The notes under the pieces: generated by a model
What the model was told of the DNA's origin: nothing
Databases searched by the model: none
What the model saw: the letters and a program-made list of their open reading frames with translations, nothing else
Translations under genes and position numbers: made by a program
Source of the DNA: Eledone cirrhosa
Lineage: Eukaryota
Length of the DNA: 64,000 bases
Assembly: GCA_964016885.1 (NCBI GenBank)
Contig: OZ024746.1
Span: forward strand, 19,592,001-19,656,000
Reading direction: 5' to 3'
In this document: positions 59,177 through 64,000 of the stretch, piece after piece
Layout: every line of letters begins with the position of its first letter
How positions within the stretch are numbered: position 1 is the first letter of the stretch

Positions 59177-59455
59177 GGCGGCGAATTGACAGAGTCGTTA
59201 GAATGTTGGATAGAATGCTTCGTGGTATTCATTCTGACTCTCTGCTCTCTGAGTTCAAATCCTGTCGAGGTCAACTTTGCCTTTCATCCATTCAAGGTCG
59301 ATAAAAAAGTATCAGTCTTGTACTGGGGTCAATTTTTTTCTGTGTCTCTTTCTCACTTCTTCTCTTTCTATCCTTCTCGGGAAGAAATCTATTGTATTCA
59401 GACCTGGAGAGGAGATGGGCTCCGCCAGAAACGCCATATTAGGAGTTCGGGTCCA
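59177..59455 (+). mobile_element. Long-tailed SINE subfamily copy
   Basis: GGCGGCGAATTGACAGAGTCG head, GAGTTCAAATC B box, shared tail. Confidence 0.82.
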
Positions 59456-60109
59456 CACATACATGCATATAGATTTTAATGTCCAGTAATTCCTATTTTT
59501 ATTTATAAGATAAGGTAAAAATTAATAGTCACCACCACCACCACCACCACCACCATCACCACCACCACCACCATTATGACATTGTTGAAATATTCTAAAT
59601 TTTGCAATATCAGAATGTTAGAAGTTAAGGGCCGAAACACTTGCTTGAAGTGGATTTTCTTCTCCGAAGACCTTCTGCTATCCAACTCCTCTGTTTCTTA
59701 TCACTATATCAAACTTGTTATTAAGTGTGAATAATTCTATTTGTTGATATATGAAGTTCATTTCATCGATGTCCTCTCATGAAATTAACTGCTACTCACC
59801 TATTATAACCTCTTGTTAGAAACAATACACCATAAGCGAAGCTGTCCACGTTTTTTCCTTTTCTTGGAGCTTATATGACGAACTTGTTCGACTATTTTTC
59901 ATAGTCAAAAATTTGCGTTGAAGCAGTTAACTTTAAGCTAAAATATATTCGATAGACCACACTTTATTTTAATATTAATGTACCTTTGTACGAAATAAAG
60001 AAAAATAAAAGACATTTTGAAACATTTTAGCTTTTGGAAGGCCTGTGATTGTACAGATTTAATCAAATATTTAGAGTACAATGACATTGAACAAGATAAC
60101 TGCAATATA

Positions 60110-60325
60110 TTGTTTCTGATTTAGGCACAAGGCTAACAATTGTGGGGGAGGAGAAAATTAATTAAATCGACCCCAGTGTGTTACTGGTACTTTATTTTAT
60201 CGACTCTGTAAGGGTGAAAGGCACAGCTAACCTCGGCGGGATTTGATCTCAGAACGTAAATGGACGTAACTGTATGCCGCAAAGCATGTTGTCCGATGCT
60301 CTACCGATGCTGGCAATCCACCTTC
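60110..60325 (-). mobile_element. OK-like SINE, full length
   Basis: Head, core and tail present; other copies at 31925-32053, 34936-35120, 49138-49315, 52090-52160. Confidence 0.88.
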
Positions 60326-61109
60326 CTTAAGATATCTATAACATATAACACGTCTTTCAGTATCACGTGTTAGTACAGAGGAAACGAGTTAATTAAGCTT
60401 TATGGCTGAACTGACTCCTCCGCAGCTGGAGCAAATCTTTGTTACTATTCAGCCATGCTTCATATTTCTGCACCAAGTTAGCTTTTCAAAAGTACTATAT
60501 TTCTGTTAATTTGACGTAATAGCTATTATCAAAGTGAAAAGACGCCTCAAATGTTCTGAAAAATTGCTTAGAATTATTTGCGCTTTTCTTGCAGCTGCCA
60601 TAAGAATTGATATTAAATGTTAGCTCTTAGCTCTAATTGTATTTCTTAAGTACCAATAAAAAAGAATCACAGCACATCATCCCCTGACATTTCTTTTTCT
60701 AAACCTTCACCCATTTACATCGTTTATTTCTTCATTTTATGTGCTAATTTATATTTTGGATGTTATGAATTCCTTATGTTAAATGGAGGCAAATCTATTA
60801 TATATCTTTTATACTCTATATTTTTAGTGACTAAACTCTAATGTAATATTTATTGATTTAGGGATCAAGTGGAAAGTAGTTACAACTCTTTGGTTAATTA
60901 GTTGTATGAATAAATCAGAATTTAACACGCATTTAATTATTAATTCATTCTCAAAAAATATATTATCCTCTCTCTACACTCACTGAAATGAGGATATAAG
61001 AATTCAGGAGTGCCTTTAAGAGTGAGTTCTCTCATTGCTTACTTGTCTACTCTAGATGAAGGCGGCGTATTGGCAGAGTCGCTAGAACGCCAGATAGAAT
61101 GGTTTGTGG

Positions 61110-62770
<1,661 letters not shown>

Positions 62771-63890
62771 TACTTTATTTTATTACTGGTTCATACTCAC
62801 CAATTGTAGGTTGATGAGGTTATTTAACTCATAGTTTGGGTAGATGGCCGTTCACTCTGAGGAAGTTATCTGTCTTTTTAACAGCTCTTTTTTTGTGTGT
62901 GTGCTGCTTGGGTTCCACCCCAGACCAAGGTCTTGTAGCGGTTTACTCGTTTACTCGCCGGCCACTTAAGGAGGTTTTACTGGGTTATATAGTACCAGTA
63001 GCTGGCAGAAGCCTGACCTGGTGATAAGTCTTTACTATAACCTCGCCGGATATCGTGTAGCAGCCCGTCGGATGGATTATACCTATAATTCAAAGGTCCG
63101 GCCGGACCTTGTCCCATTAAATGCCACTCTCAGTTGGTTTGTGGGTACACGTGGTCTGTGGAATACTCAACCACTTACACATCACATTAGTTCACGAGTT
63201 GGACGTTTCAGGTGATTGACCAACTGAATGCTCATCCTCGAAATCGACGAAGGATCCATCACTGAAGTAAAACATCGAACGAAAAAATAGTGTAAAATGA
63301 TGAAGGAGATCAACTGTAAATGTTCGTCTCTGTTCCGAACTCACTGCAAACAAATTACTTTAATGACGAGTTAATTTTATGTAATTAAAACAAGCTTTTG
63401 CGCTCATTTCTCAACCTGACCTACACCGAAAAAAAGTCCCCTGACCGCATCGGCGAGCCTCATCTGGGAAAACTTTTTATCGCTGATTATCTTAAAATAG
63501 AAAACAAATGTAAATTATTTACAGCCAAAAGAGATGTGTTACGAAAAAGAACAACCAAAACAGAGGAACAAAAATAAAGAACAAAAAAAGGGTAAACGTA
63601 AAGAGAAATTTGTGCGGCGGTTTTCCACAAGCAGGCAATATTAATATGACTGCGCCGTCCCATTAATTTAACGTACCACACCCAAATGTATATAGTTTCT
63701 CTACAGTTATTTACAACTCTATTTTGTTTTGTTATGTTTTTGATTACGTTTTTGTTTTGTTTTGTTTTGTTTTTTGTTTTTTTCTGTCTATGTTTTACTA
63801 CAATCTGGTACCCCGACCGTCTTTCCTTTCGTACATGTAATGTGTGTTTGTTATGATCGAAAGAGTTTGTTTTGAAAAATCTGTCATGCC

Positions 63891-63957
<67 letters not shown>

Positions 63958-64000
63958 TCTCTCACACACACACACATCGATGACTTCGCAGAAATGAGAG

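Overview
AT-rich, microsatellite-saturated non-coding animal DNA. The SINE families point to an octopod cephalopod (Octopus-like; inferred from repeat recognition). No intact cellular gene can be supported, and almost all listed ORFs are translated microsatellites. Recognisable elements: tRNA-derived SINEs, RTE and CRE non-LTR retrotransposon remnants, a decayed mariner, hAT- and pogo-like MITEs, and several satellites. The main signal is about 20 type-I hammerhead ribozyme (HHR) motifs in short non-coding elements, mostly inserted in (TA)n, many forming fold-back palindromes whose junctions often sit at the ribozyme. The clearest case is a near-identical 310-bp tandem array (46224-48269) with one intact HHR per highly structured unit, i.e. 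a retrozyme/circRNA-like or Penelope pLTR-like system, which flips orientation to give a ~680-bp-arm palindrome. Other notable items: a hAT-type MITE carrying two convergent tRNA-like Pol III units, a (TACA)n-targeting RTE-derived element with C2H2 fingers, and a CCAAT plus ETS-CRE motif cluster. All alignments and folds were done by eye.
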